Shown here: positions 49,195 to 59,266 of the stretch, piece after piece | How positions within the stretch are numbered: the stretch's first letter is position 1 | Layout of the letters: each line of letters opens with the position of its first letter | Source: Candidatus Nomurabacteria bacterium | GTDB lineage: Bacteria > Patescibacteriota > Saccharimonadia > Saccharimonadales > JAGQNJ01 | Direction of reading: 5' to 3' | DNA: 64,000 nucleotides | NCBI GenBank assembly: GCA_023898625.1 | Contig: CP060231.1 | Coordinates: 84,258-148,257 of the forward strand | Notes under the pieces: model-generated | The model's input: only the letters and a program-made list of their open reading frames with translations | Told to the model about the DNA's origin: nothing | Databases searched by the model: none | Program-made: the position numbers and the translations under genes

Positions 49195-50649
49195 TCAACT
49201 CAATCTTTCTGTGTATTGCTGGTGATGACTATTTGTCGGGTCGAACTTGCCCAAGAATAATCTATCCCACAGTTCAGTCCTATCAGGTTCGGGTAACGAA
49301 GCAATTTTATTCAATAATGGTATCACCTTTATTTTGCCAGAGGCATAGGCCAAATCCTTGGCATAATGCAAAGTTACTCCTTTTGAAGTTTTAAAATGCT
49401 TGTCGGTAGGAGTACCCCTAAAAACACGCACCACACCAGTCGCAGTTGTTCGTTTTGATCTATTTATTGGGTCATCATTCGGACCATCCTCTTTTGATGA
49501 ACCCAATACAAGCCTAACCTTAGTCATAACCTCCTGAACTTGCCTAGGAGTCCAACCCATATGAGCAAACGCAATGTTTAAATATAATGCCATACTTGCT
49601 ATTCCCCACTCTTCTTCGCTACCTTGCATTATTTTTTGTAACGTACCGGCCAAGCCCTCTTCGAAGGTTAAATAATCTGGCACCTCATCGTCATTTGCTT
49701 CTGTAAATAAACCATTAGTAAGTGAATCATCGCCTAATTTTTTTCCACTTGCGTATCTTCTTCCGTGTACTCCAACTTCGTGGACAAAAACTCCCAATAC
49801 TTCATCAACACTAGATAAGTTTTTGCGTTTCATGCCAACTACCACAACACCATCAGTAGATGACCAACTTAACGCGGTAGTATTCTGATCTTCAACAACA
49901 TCAATTTCATGTAAATGCATGGCTTGTATTCCACTTCTAAACATAGCCACAACATCTGCTGGGGTAATAGATTTATCATCTCTTGCCTCAATTTCTGCTT
50001 GATAATATTTCTCAAAGACCTCTTTTACCGAGGCATATTCTTTGGATAGTTCGCCGTAAATCCATTCTTTCGCCTCCTGCGAGAGTGTTGGTAGTGGCTC
50101 TTGGATCGTATCTGTTGGGTTTGGCAATGCCGGGATATTAATCACCTCTCCGCTAGATGACGTAAATACCCAACCCTCCTTGAGGTCGTTTATCAAACCA
50201 TCAGAGGCCCCTCCATGTTTCGACTCAATTTGACCCCACAGCCTTGATAACATCTGATCAACAACTGCCTTGTCAGGTTTACCATAAATTGATTCATTAA
50301 TCTCTTGGAAATGATCAACTATCTGTTGAGACGGGTAGTCCAAGGTGTTGATTTGTTGGCTTGCCTTTAAAAAGTACGCTTCTGCAAGTCTAAATTCAAC
50401 AGATGCGGATCCGGTATGGCCCTCAGGAACTAAACTTGTTAAGTTAGAAATGTGATCATCGATTTCTGGCAACAATAACTTGGGATAATCCAGACGTAGT
50501 TCTGTAGATTCGCCATCTATGAATCTTTCGATTATCTCTGGTCGTTCTTTTCCGCCAGCAAAGTACTCATATGTTTGAAGACCCATCGAGATTTCTGGGC
50601 TTCTGATAAACTCTGGGTTTGAGGCATCATCAATTGGTTTATCAAGCAT
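49195..50649 (-). CDS. DUF1704 / QEGLA-motif family protein (MATCAP-like putative metallo-carboxypeptidase)
   Basis: 484 aa. HEVGVH (HExxH) followed by a FEEGLA (QEGLA-type) motif. Confidence 0.6.
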   Translation of the reverse strand: MLDKPIDDASNPEFIRSPEISMGLQTYEYFAGGKERPEIIERFIDGESTELRLDYPKLLLPEIDDHISNLTSLVPEGHTGSASVEFRLAEAYFLKASQQINTLDYPSQQIVDHFQEINESIYGKPDKAVVDQMLSRLWGQIESKHGGASDGLINDLKEGWVFTSSSGEVINIPALPNPTDTIQEPLPTLSQEAKEWIYGELSKEYASVKEVFEKYYQAEIEARDDKSITPADVVAMFRSGIQAMHLHEIDVVEDQNTTALSWSSTDGVVVVGMKRKNLSSVDEVLGVFVHEVGVHGRRYASGKKLGDDSLTNGLFTEANDDEVPDYLTFEEGLAGTLQKIMQGSEEEWGIASMALYLNIAFAHMGWTPRQVQEVMTKVRLVLGSSKEDGPNDDPINRSKRTTATGVVRVFRGTPTDKHFKTSKGVTLHYAKDLAYASGKIKVIPLLNKIASLPEPDRTELWDRLFLGKFDPTNSHHQQYTERLS

Positions 50650-50722
50650 ACTTAAAAATTATTATACAATATGCTCTCCGTTTTGTCATGATGACTAGCC
50701 AACCTGTATACTATTACCCACT

Positions 50723-51526
50723 ATGCAAATATTTCAATGGCTAGATAATGCCCGGAAAAAAATGAATAGCACAGGTATAACATCATCTGAACTTGACAGT
50801 CTTCTTTTACTCGAATATGTATTGTCAATTAATAGAGCATCTATCCTGGCTCACCCCGAAATAACTCTCACGCAAACTCAAATAACAAAACTCGCTAAAC
50901 TTCTAAAATGTCGTTTAGCTCGTGAACCATTAGCATATATTCTCGGTCACAAAGAATTTTTTGGTAGAGATTTTATCGTTAATCCTGACGCACTAATACC
51001 AAGGCCAGAATCTGAAAGTTTTATAGAAATACTTAAAAAACAAGATTTCGAGGAACAGACCATTATTGATATTGGATGTGGTTCTGGGGTCTTAGGTATA
51101 ACCACCAAACTAGAACTTCCCTCGAACACAGTTATATTATCGGATGTTAGCGATAAAGCCTTGAGCGTAGCTAAGCAAAATATACAAAAACACTCTGTTG
51201 ATTGTAGAACTATAAAAGCAAATCTACTGCCTGCAAGCATAGATGCAAACATAATAGTAGCTAATTTGCCATATGTCCCAATAAATTTAAAGGTTCAGCC
51301 AGAGCTAAATTTTGAGCCAGCAATTGCTTTGTATGCAAAGGATGGTGGTATGGAATTATATCAAAAGCTCTGGAGTCAAATATCTACAAAACCCTCAATC
51401 CACTTTGTATTAACTGAAAGTCTAGTATTTCAACACAATGATATGGCAGTGATTGCTAAAAGCGCTGGGTTCCTACCGGACAGCTCTGAAGGACTAGTCC
51501 AATTATTCAAACGCAAATCTAGTTAG
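50723..51526 (+). CDS. prmC: Release factor glutamine N5-methyltransferase PrmC/HemK
   Basis: 267 aa. SAM motif IDIGCGSGVLG and the NPPY-type motif as NLPYVP. Confidence 0.88.
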   Translation: MQIFQWLDNARKKMNSTGITSSELDSLLLLEYVLSINRASILAHPEITLTQTQITKLAKLLKCRLAREPLAYILGHKEFFGRDFIVNPDALIPRPESESFIEILKKQDFEEQTIIDIGCGSGVLGITTKLELPSNTVILSDVSDKALSVAKQNIQKHSVDCRTIKANLLPASIDANIIVANLPYVPINLKVQPELNFEPAIALYAKDGGMELYQKLWSQISTKPSIHFVLTESLVFQHNDMAVIAKSAGFLPDSSEGLVQLFKRKSS

Positions 51527-52751
51527 GTAATTCACCAAGCTTGACTTTTGTGGTTTGTTGTTTGCCATTGCGAACAAAAGTTACGGTCACTTCTTCGCCA
51601 ACAGTAAATCTGCCGATAACAGATGACAAAGTATTATTCTCGTCAACTGATTGATCATTAATTTTAACTATCACATCTTTGTCTTGTAGGCCACCATTGT
51701 CAGCTGGTCCACCAGCCACAACACCAGATGAACCATTTGAGCCATTAATGTAGGCACCTTGTTCATTCTGGATTTTCAACTGAGAGGCCACAGAAGGATT
51801 AAGTTGCACATATCGAACTCCTAGATATGGCCTTTCTAACTTACCCGTCTTCAGCATGCCATTAATTAGTCCTTTGGCATCATTTATTGGTATCGCAAAG
51901 CCAATATTTTGTGCACCATCGCCTGCAACTGCGGTATTTATACCAATCACCTCTCCATTGGCATTCACTAATGGCCCTCCTGAGTTACCCTGGTTGATTG
52001 CAGCATCTGTTTGGAACATATTTTGTAAACTCTCGGCATTTGTACCCTGACCATCGGAAGCCTGCACACTTCTTCCATACCCTGACAATATTCCAGATGT
52101 TACTGTATTCTGGAATTGCCCCAAGGCGTTCCCAATAGCAATAACAGTATCACCAACCTGGGCTTTACTAGAATCGCCCAATTTTGCCACAACTAGTTTC
52201 TTTCCTTTAGTATTATTGATCTTTAAGAATCCGATATCTAAAGAGTCTGATTCAGATGTAGTCCCAACTACACTAACATCATCAAGAACGGTACCATCAG
52301 ACATAGTTACACTAACCTTGGAAGCACCTTCCGGCACAACATGGCGATTAGTCAACACATAACCACTATCACTAATAATAAAACCTGTCCCTGCGCTCTG
52401 TTGCTCAACAGATCTCTGCCCAAAAAAGCCATCTTGAACACCTTGACTAGTGACATTAATTGAAACAACACTTGGGCCTACGGCTTTTGCTAAACTACTT
52501 ATCAAATTACTCTGTTCTTCAACTGCTTGTCTACCCTGCTCAACGCTAGCATTTTGAGAAGTATTGGATTGTTGTTTACTATTTGCCCCAATAAAACCAC
52601 CTGCAAAACCAGCACTCAAACTTATAAAAATAATCGCCAACATCCCTAACGCTCCACCCTTTTGTGACGAAGAAGGTTTTGGCCTTGTTAGATTTATTCG
52701 TTTTTTTGGTTTTATTACTTCTGGTTTTGCAATCGGTTGCTGATTATCCAT
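51519..52751 (-). CDS. HtrA/DegP-family serine protease with C-terminal PDZ domain
   Basis: 410 aa. TM anchor, catalytic triad contexts TNRHVV, D..(L)KI, GNSGGPLVN, and a PDZ domain. Confidence 0.92.
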   Translation of the reverse strand: MDNQQPIAKPEVIKPKKRINLTRPKPSSSQKGGALGMLAIIFISLSAGFAGGFIGANSKQQSNTSQNASVEQGRQAVEEQSNLISSLAKAVGPSVVSINVTSQGVQDGFFGQRSVEQQSAGTGFIISDSGYVLTNRHVVPEGASKVSVTMSDGTVLDDVSVVGTTSESDSLDIGFLKINNTKGKKLVVAKLGDSSKAQVGDTVIAIGNALGQFQNTVTSGILSGYGRSVQASDGQGTNAESLQNMFQTDAAINQGNSGGPLVNANGEVIGINTAVAGDGAQNIGFAIPINDAKGLINGMLKTGKLERPYLGVRYVQLNPSVASQLKIQNEQGAYINGSNGSSGVVAGGPADNGGLQDKDVIVKINDQSVDENNTLSSVIGRFTVGEEVTVTFVRNGKQQTTKVKLGELPN

Positions 52752-52770
52752 GTATCCTCCGAGGTGATGG

Positions 52771-53520
52771 TTATATTATTTTATTACCCCAATCCGAAAA
52801 AATAAGAGTTATGACAATAACGGCTATCATCATAAATATTACTTGTCTTCTGATTAAAGTTGTCAATCGATCGGTCTGGTCCAGATAGTATAATGAAGCC
52901 AGTCCAAATCCTAGTACTATTAATATCAACGCAACCTGAGAAAAAGCTTGATAGTATATTAACCAGAAAGAAAGTATCCACGAAAGTGATGCGCCAAACA
53001 ATCCCCAAGCATTAGAAAGAAATGAAGCATGTTTTTCTTCAAACCCAGAGAAAAAATGCCTTGCAACAGAATAACAGACTATCCAAGTCATAAACATAAT
53101 AACTAACGCTGTTGACCCACCCCACTCCAGATATACAGCTACTAGTCCATACAAAAATGCCAGAAATGCCTGCAACGAAATCCCAAATATACTTGAACTA
53201 GGCTTAACTAACACTAGCCACAATGCATATGCTACTGCCCAAATCAGCTGAATTAATGCGCTGGATGTGTTGACCATGAAAATAATTGTCGAGATTCCAA
53301 TTATTAAGTCAACTGCGTTTGCCCGTATTAATGGAAGCCAATATCGTGGTCTAACCGAAAAGATGCGCCACTTACTAAGTATTACTATAGCGATTGCTAA
53401 TTGAACAAGGTTCAACCGAATTAATACATACACTAGTAATGGCATTATCACAGTCAAAAATAAATGAAAGACATGTGAAAAACCACTAATCGGTTTTATT
53501 TTATCGGTTACTCGTTTCAT
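52771..53520 (-). CDS. Hypothetical polytopic membrane protein
   Basis: 249 aa, about 7-8 TM helices, no recognisable motif. Confidence 0.45.
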   Translation of the reverse strand: MKRVTDKIKPISGFSHVFHLFLTVIMPLLVYVLIRLNLVQLAIAIVILSKWRIFSVRPRYWLPLIRANAVDLIIGISTIIFMVNTSSALIQLIWAVAYALWLVLVKPSSSIFGISLQAFLAFLYGLVAVYLEWGGSTALVIMFMTWIVCYSVARHFFSGFEEKHASFLSNAWGLFGASLSWILSFWLIYYQAFSQVALILIVLGFGLASLYYLDQTDRLTTLIRRQVIFMMIAVIVITLIFSDWGNKII

Positions 53521-55147
53521 CTTGCCCTAATATTATAACAAAGTCTGCATTTTCTGGGGGAGTAATACCTTCTGGCAAGTTTGTTGTCGCTGTTGTCTTG
53601 TATCGAAGCTCTAGGTAGCGCTTAGTATATTTCGTGTCTTTCTTTTTTAGGTCAACGATTATTGTATTCTGGTAATCTTTGCTTGGCGCATCATCAACAT
53701 TAATAACATTATATCCGTAGCCTTTTAGAATATCCGCCTTACTAGTAGCCAACCCGCTCCTTGTTGTACCGTTTAGTACTTGTATACCAGCATTTTCTTT
53801 CTTAAGAAAACCATCGATAAACGTTGTGCGAATAAAATTTTGAATATCATTATACCTATATATACCTTCTTTTGGAACCTGGATTGAGCCAAGACCCAAA
53901 CTTGAGCTTCCGCTACCTATCAAAACATTTGGTTCATCCACCAAACTGACCGACTTGATATTTGATTCATTGATTTCTTGGCCGAGAGCATACAGTTTCA
54001 GTGCCTCGTCAGGTATTGACAGATTTGTTGAAATTCTCGAACCAAAACTATCAATCAATTGCGACATCTTTACTGGATTACTAAACGTTCCCAGACTAAC
54101 CACTTTGTTTTTCAGAGCTATAATAACCTCTCTTTGCCGTTCAGACCGCCCAAAATCATTCTTATTATCACAGTGTCGACATCTTGAATAAGCTAATGCT
54201 TTTAATCCATCAAAATGCTGATTACCTGTCTGGACATTCAGATTATACACCTTACCTTTTAGTGACATTCGCTCACTAACAGAGTCTTTAACGTTAATAT
54301 CAACTCCACCAACAGCATTGATGGCCTTTTCAAATGCCTCAAAATCGATCATCGCATAATAGTTCATCTTCAAGCCAGAAACATTCTCGACAACATCTTC
54401 GATTGCTTTTATACCTGTTTTTTCTGCCTCTTCATCAGATTTCCCCTCACTCTGAGCAGACATTTTAGTTAATGCATACACCGCGTTGATCTTTTGAGTT
54501 CCACCGTCTTCCATCTTAACCGCCAGATCTCTCGGTATACTTAGTAAGCCTGCTTCCTTATTACAAGGGTCGACGCTAGCAATGATTATTGTGTCAGTTA
54601 GATCTGGCCCGTCTGGTTGCTCAGGACCACCTTTTCCCATCAGCAAGAAATTTACACGACCATCCCCCTCCTGCTGAAGAGTGGTAGGATCCGGCTCGCA
54701 CTTCCAGGCTATTGAATCACCACCACCTTTAAATATCTCTCTGGCACGTAGATATCCTCGTATGCCAAGGTAACTTCCCGTTAAAAATATAACCAGAAAT
54801 ATCACCAAACTGCTACGCAAGATAATCTTTCGTAAATTTCTTGGTTTCTTATTTGATCGTCGTTTTTTTGATGACTCATCGATACTCATGTCAATAGGCT
54901 TTATGGTTCTTGCTGGTTTTCTTCCAAGCGAACGACCATCAGGCGTAATTGTCTTAACATTACGAGTAATAAATCCTTCTTTCTTTGCAAAATTACCAAT
55001 ACGTGATTCTGATGATTTATTCTGAAAATTAACTGAAGAAGTCGCTTGGGATTTAGGTTTCATGTTTATTGAAGGACGCCTTCGCCCTCCGATCAACCCA
55101 TCAATATTACCAGAATTTACACGTTTAGATCTTCTAAAATTATCCAT
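53501..55147 (-). CDS. LytR-CpsA-Psr (LCP) family cell-envelope phosphotransferase with C-terminal LytR_C-like domain
   Basis: 548 aa. A basic disordered N-terminus, a TM, and an LCP core (NFLLMGKGG...DTIIIASVD...SIPRDL...INAVYA...RHCDN..DFGRSERQRE). Confidence 0.85.
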   Translation of the reverse strand: MDNFRRSKRVNSGNIDGLIGGRRRPSINMKPKSQATSSVNFQNKSSESRIGNFAKKEGFITRNVKTITPDGRSLGRKPARTIKPIDMSIDESSKKRRSNKKPRNLRKIILRSSLVIFLVIFLTGSYLGIRGYLRAREIFKGGGDSIAWKCEPDPTTLQQEGDGRVNFLLMGKGGPEQPDGPDLTDTIIIASVDPCNKEAGLLSIPRDLAVKMEDGGTQKINAVYALTKMSAQSEGKSDEEAEKTGIKAIEDVVENVSGLKMNYYAMIDFEAFEKAINAVGGVDINVKDSVSERMSLKGKVYNLNVQTGNQHFDGLKALAYSRCRHCDNKNDFGRSERQREVIIALKNKVVSLGTFSNPVKMSQLIDSFGSRISTNLSIPDEALKLYALGQEINESNIKSVSLVDEPNVLIGSGSSSLGLGSIQVPKEGIYRYNDIQNFIRTTFIDGFLKKENAGIQVLNGTTRSGLATSKADILKGYGYNVINVDDAPSKDYQNTIIVDLKKKDTKYTKRYLELRYKTTATTNLPEGITPPENADFVIILGQDETSNR

Positions 55148-55250
55148 AGCACGTGTGTTTTAGTATAGCCGTTATGGTAGTCATATCAAAATTAAATTCC
55201 AAAACAATTATGGCAATTTTACCGACATTAACGTATAGTTATAGACTGAT

Positions 55251-55976
55251 ATGTCAGAAATCAAATCATCATCGCCTGTTGACTACTCAAATTCCCCTCC
55301 AGCAAATAACCCACAACCCGAACAAGTCTCACCACTTTCTCCTCAAGACCCACAAGAAGAACAAGACCCTAGTCAAGAGGAATCATCAGCTGAGTCAAAA
55401 TCGAACACCATAAAAAGTATCATCTCGACCGTCATTCTATTCTTGGCAGCACCATTATTGGCACTTTTTTTGATTGTCTTTGTTATTCAGTCATACGAAG
55501 TAGACGGACCAAGCATGCAACAAACCCTACATAATAAAGACCTTCTGATTGTTAGCAAGATCGATCGCACACTTGCCAGAATCACTAGAAGTGACTATAT
55601 TCCCCCACGATATCAAATAATTATATTCACTCTCGATGAATCGGGTGGAGTCAGCGGTGGAGAATCTAGACAATTGGTCAAGCGCGTTATTGGTTTGCCT
55701 GGTGAGAGAGTAGTTGTAAAAGACGGTACCGTAACTGTGTTCAACAAAGAACATCCAGATGGATTCAATCCCGATAAAGACAAAGAATACAGCAAGTCAT
55801 TTAGCACTACAAATGGAAATGTAGATGTTACTGTTCAGCCAGGTCAAGTATTCGTTATGGGCGACAACCGTGGAAACTCACTTGACTCTCGATATTTTGG
55901 ACCTATTGATGATAGTACAATAGTTGGTAAGCTTGGGATGCGTATATTCCCACTCAATAAAGCTCGTACTTTTTAA
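55251..55976 (+). CDS. lepB: Signal peptidase I
   Basis: 241 aa. Catalytic Ser box VDGPSMQQTL, Lys box VKRVIGLPGE, GDNRGNSLDSR. Confidence 0.92.
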   Translation: MSEIKSSSPVDYSNSPPANNPQPEQVSPLSPQDPQEEQDPSQEESSAESKSNTIKSIISTVILFLAAPLLALFLIVFVIQSYEVDGPSMQQTLHNKDLLIVSKIDRTLARITRSDYIPPRYQIIIFTLDESGGVSGGESRQLVKRVIGLPGERVVVKDGTVTVFNKEHPDGFNPDKDKEYSKSFSTTNGNVDVTVQPGQVFVMGDNRGNSLDSRYFGPIDDSTIVGKLGMRIFPLNKARTF

Positions 55977-56842
55977 CCAATTAACTCTGTGGTTATTCGC
56001 TTCAAGTCATCGTCATCTTTAAAATAAACTTCAAGTTTTCCACCCTTGGCTGTTCGTCTAATATTAATAGACGTGTTGAGCCTTTTTGCTAAAGCTTCTG
56101 TTTGAGTGTTAGTAGTTGCCATATGTTCTTTAACTTTTTTGGTTGATTTCTTTTCTTCCTGACGACTAGCCGTAACGAATTGTTCGGCCTGGCGAACCGA
56201 CCAACCAAATTTTAAAACCGACTCTAATAAGTCTGCTTGCTTTTGTGAGTCTTCCTTCAATGCCAGGATGGCTCGTGCATGACCTTCAGAAATCTGTCCA
56301 TTTTTTAACGCCTGCATAGCTGATTTTGGCAACTGCAAAAGTCTGACTGTGTTGTGGATAGTCGGAACTGCCTTGCCAAGTTTTTTCGCAATTTCTGCAT
56401 AGCTGAGATTGAATTGATCATGTAGTCTCTCTATCGACTGTGCCTGTTCAAGTGGTGAGAGGTCGACTCTTTGAACATTTTCAATTATTGCCACTTCTAG
56501 CTCTTCGATTAGTTTTAAGGATCTGACGACTGCAGGCACTTCTTTTAGTCCAGCAATCTTAGCAGAACGCCAACGTCTTTCGCCGGCAATAATACGATAA
56601 TCATCGTTATATTTCGTTACAATTAACGGTTGCACGATTCCATGATTCTTAATCGATTTTGCTAGCTCATTAAGGGCTTCTTCTTCGAAATGCTTCCTGG
56701 GTTGTTCAGGATTTGGTATTACTTTATTAATCGGCAAATTTTGTACACGTTCGTTATTCTCTAAAATTGAAGAGTCGAACTCTTCTGGAATCAATGCGTC
56801 GAGCCCTCTGCCAAGCCCAGTTTTACCTGACATTTTGATCAA
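55973..56842 (-). CDS. parB: Chromosome partitioning protein ParB/Spo0J
   Basis: 289 aa. IIAGERRWRSA ParB box and an HTH region. Confidence 0.93.
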   Translation of the reverse strand: MIKMSGKTGLGRGLDALIPEEFDSSILENNERVQNLPINKVIPNPEQPRKHFEEEALNELAKSIKNHGIVQPLIVTKYNDDYRIIAGERRWRSAKIAGLKEVPAVVRSLKLIEELEVAIIENVQRVDLSPLEQAQSIERLHDQFNLSYAEIAKKLGKAVPTIHNTVRLLQLPKSAMQALKNGQISEGHARAILALKEDSQKQADLLESVLKFGWSVRQAEQFVTASRQEEKKSTKKVKEHMATTNTQTEALAKRLNTSINIRRTAKGGKLEVYFKDDDDLKRITTELIG

Positions 56843-57620
56843 TCTCCTTTGCTAATGCTTTATATGCCCTTGCCCCCCTGGACCACTTATCGTGAGCCAG
56901 TATTGTCTTTCCATGACTTGGAGCTTCAGCTAATCTAACATTTCTAGGAACAACGGTTTTGAATAGTTTTTGTTTGAAATGTTTTTGAAGCTCTTTGTAA
57001 ACACTTTCTGATAAAGAGGTTCGACTATCATACATCGTAACTACTACACCCAACAAATTTAAGTCTGGATTAAGCCCTTTGCGCACTCTTTGAATTGTCC
57101 CTAATAACTGGGTCAAACCCTCTAGGGCATAATACTCAGCTTGTACTGGAATAATTACATAATCTGAGGCTGTTAACGCATTGATGCTCAATAAACCTAG
57201 CGAAGGTGGACAGTCAATTAAAACATAATCGTGAGACGCATGTGCCAGGCTTTGACGTAAACGACTTTCTCTATCTGGTTGAGAAACTAACTCAACCTCG
57301 GATGCAGCCAGGTTCGCATTTGCTGGCACTAAAGAAATATTTGATTCGTCTAAATCTATTATCACCTCGCTCAAGTTTGCCCGCCCTAATAATACATCGT
57401 AAGTTGTTGAATCAAAATTTCCTTGCTGACCAAGCCCACTGGTTGCATTACCTTGAGGATCTAGGTCAACCACCAAAACCGAGCGACCCATTTTGGCTAA
57501 ATATGCACCAATATTTATAGTGCTAGTCGTTTTGCCAACACCCCCTTTTTGGTTCAAAATTGCAATTATATGTCTCATACCCTCATGCTTTTCACTCTTT
57601 AGAGTACCATTTTCACGCAA
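56823..57620 (-). CDS. parA: Chromosome partitioning ATPase ParA/Soj
   Basis: Deviant Walker A NQKGGVGKTT. The likely true start is MRHIIAILNQ at about 57578. Confidence 0.93.
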   Translation of the reverse strand: MRENGTLKSEKHEGMRHIIAILNQKGGVGKTTSTINIGAYLAKMGRSVLVVDLDPQGNATSGLGQQGNFDSTTYDVLLGRANLSEVIIDLDESNISLVPANANLAASEVELVSQPDRESRLRQSLAHASHDYVLIDCPPSLGLLSINALTASDYVIIPVQAEYYALEGLTQLLGTIQRVRKGLNPDLNLLGVVVTMYDSRTSLSESVYKELQKHFKQKLFKTVVPRNVRLAEAPSHGKTILAHDKWSRGARAYKALAKEIDQNVR

Positions 57621-57664
57621 TTATCTCAATATAGAAATTAAAATATACGGTTCTTAATACCGTT

Positions 57665-57840
57665 AAGAGTCAGCGAACCCCAATACCGTTAGCCCGATTG
57701 TCGTTGTTGCCAGGATTAACGTTGTCAGAATTGAAGTTCGCGTTGAAAGCGTTATCCGCAGTATCCGGGAAAGCCGAACTTGACCACAGGTTGCCGTTGT
57801 CGCCCTGGTCGTCGAAGCCCTCATTCCAGTTGCCAGCAAA
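57665..57840 (-). repeat. DGR template repeat (TR), non-coding, Asn-codon (AAC)-rich
   Basis: A 176-bp ungapped match to 59301-59476. All 28 mismatches are at plus-strand T in this copy (A on the minus/coding strand), and 14 other such positions are unchanged. It contains an in-frame TGA where the VR has TGT. Confidence 0.92.
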
Positions 57841-57880
57841 CAGCAACCAGCCACTGCGCACTAGCAATACTACTCGTTAC

Positions 57881-57906
57881 CCTATACTCAGCATACTGAG
57901 TATAGG
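57881..57906 (-). other. Perfect 11-bp-stem/4-nt-loop hairpin between the RT stop and TR (candidate DGR RNA structural element)
   Basis: cctatactcag-cata-ctgagtatagg, read directly. It lies about 40 nt 5' of TR in transcript orientation. Confidence 0.5.
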
Positions 57907-58041
57907 CGGACCTTGGCGGCACCATCCGTAAAGAACTAGCCTCAACAAATTAAGACCAGTGAGCATTGTCTCTTACTTATGCTTATATATCTGACTGTTA
58001 ATCGGACAACGAGATATAATTACCACCAAGCACCGCCCGCC

Positions 58042-59175
58042 TTAAGCCAGCCCAAGCATACTTTTATTGTACCCCCCCCCCCGAAGTTTCATACCACTGA
58101 GAAGTCTTTTGTATTTATAATGCTTGACTAGCCCTCGATACGAAGCCTCTGTTTCTTTTGAACAATCAGGGTTTGAGAGGGCCAAGAGCAGGTTACGTTT
58201 TAAGCGTTTGCCCGGATGCAATCGAAATGGGTAGATGGCTGCACCGAGAAAGGCCACGCCACGATTGTGTTCCTGCAAATGCCGTTTATGTGGATGCAGT
58301 AGCAAGTCTAAATGCTGGCTCACATAGTTTTCTATTGTCTTGGTAACTTTAACTAACTCGTTTTTATTACTAGAGACAATATAAAAATCATCAACGTAGC
58401 GCCCATAATGCTTAAAGCCTAGATCAAATGTCACAAATCTATCTAATTGATCCAGATAGATATTACTAAGTAGCTGAGAAGTCAGATTACCAATAGCAAT
58501 CCCTCGCCCTTTGGGCTGATGAAACAGGCTTTTGCTGGGTGGTAAACCACGCCAAGCACTTCGAGGGCAATTAAATATTGCATTTTTTATTGGATCATTA
58601 AAAATAATCACCTTCCATAGATATTTACAAACTTGGTAGGCGTGTCCTTGGTTTGGGTATTGCCTGTCTAGCCCCCACATCGCCCGTGTATAGAGTTTTT
58701 TACGGTCTAAGCTCATAAAATATCCTAGTAAATCTAGCTTAAGTACATAGGCAGGGCGAGTATAATTTAGGCTAACAGAACGAATATGATGGTCAAGCCG
58801 ACGAATACCATAAAGTGTGCCCTTGCCTACTCGGCAACTATAATTATCTTCAATAAATCTTGCATCCCACCAACTATTTACTTGGTTGAACAAAAAGTGA
58901 TGAACAACTCTATCACGGAAGTTAGCTGCAAAAATCTCTCGTTTGACAGGCTTGTTTACAATAAAGGCTGTTGATGGGCGTGGGGCGTAACTACGTGTGT
59001 CAATTTCATGGGCAAGTGCCGATATTTCAGCTTTGGCGATTTTTGTAAAAGCAATTACTTCGGCTTTATTAGATTTGCCAATCTTAGCACGCTGATAGGC
59101 TTTATTGAGCTCTTTTACTAGCCATTCTTTGCGAATATCTGAAGCCTTAGTGGTTGCTGGAGTATCTTTAGCCAT
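58042..59175 (-). CDS. Diversity-generating retroelement reverse transcriptase
   Basis: 377 aa. RT motifs include YVDDF (motif 5). The DGR-diagnostic motif-4 sequence is IGNLTSQLLSNIYLDQLD ([I/L]GxxxSQ). TR and VR flank the gene. Confidence 0.92.
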   Translation of the reverse strand: MAKDTPATTKASDIRKEWLVKELNKAYQRAKIGKSNKAEVIAFTKIAKAEISALAHEIDTRSYAPRPSTAFIVNKPVKREIFAANFRDRVVHHFLFNQVNSWWDARFIEDNYSCRVGKGTLYGIRRLDHHIRSVSLNYTRPAYVLKLDLLGYFMSLDRKKLYTRAMWGLDRQYPNQGHAYQVCKYLWKVIIFNDPIKNAIFNCPRSAWRGLPPSKSLFHQPKGRGIAIGNLTSQLLSNIYLDQLDRFVTFDLGFKHYGRYVDDFYIVSSNKNELVKVTKTIENYVSQHLDLLLHPHKRHLQEHNRGVAFLGAAIYPFRLHPGKRLKRNLLLALSNPDCSKETEASYRGLVKHYKYKRLLSGMKLRGGGYNKSMLGLA

Positions 59176-59234
59176 GCTGTATTTCTATTGTCTGATGGGG
59201 GATAATTCTAGTGTAAAATATGGCCAGTCGACTC

Positions 59235-59266
59235 GGCGGGGTTAGGGGTGGTCACCCCTAACCGCC
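59235..59266 (-). other. GC-rich hairpin/cruciform just downstream of VR (candidate DGR target-recognition element)
   Basis: ggc-(gg bulge)-ggttaggggt-ggtc-acccctaacc-gcc, a 13-bp stem with a 4-nt loop, 31-62 nt past the target stop codon. It is nested in a second inverted repeat: aaatatggcca (59217-59227) / tggccatattt (59280-59290). Confidence 0.55.

Noticed and set aside
56353-56361. DnaA-box-like 9-mer (TGTGGATAG) near parAB as a hint of oriC.
   Set aside because: It is a single 8/9 match inside the parB coding sequence, with no cluster of boxes or AT-rich unwinding element nearby.
57663-57867. Track ORFs 57663-57854 and 57670-57867 (Asn-rich peptide resembling the target C-terminus).
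   Set aside because: They are translations of the DGR template repeat. The frame that matches the VR peptide contains a TGA and has no start context. TR is a non-coding RNA template, not a paralogous gene.
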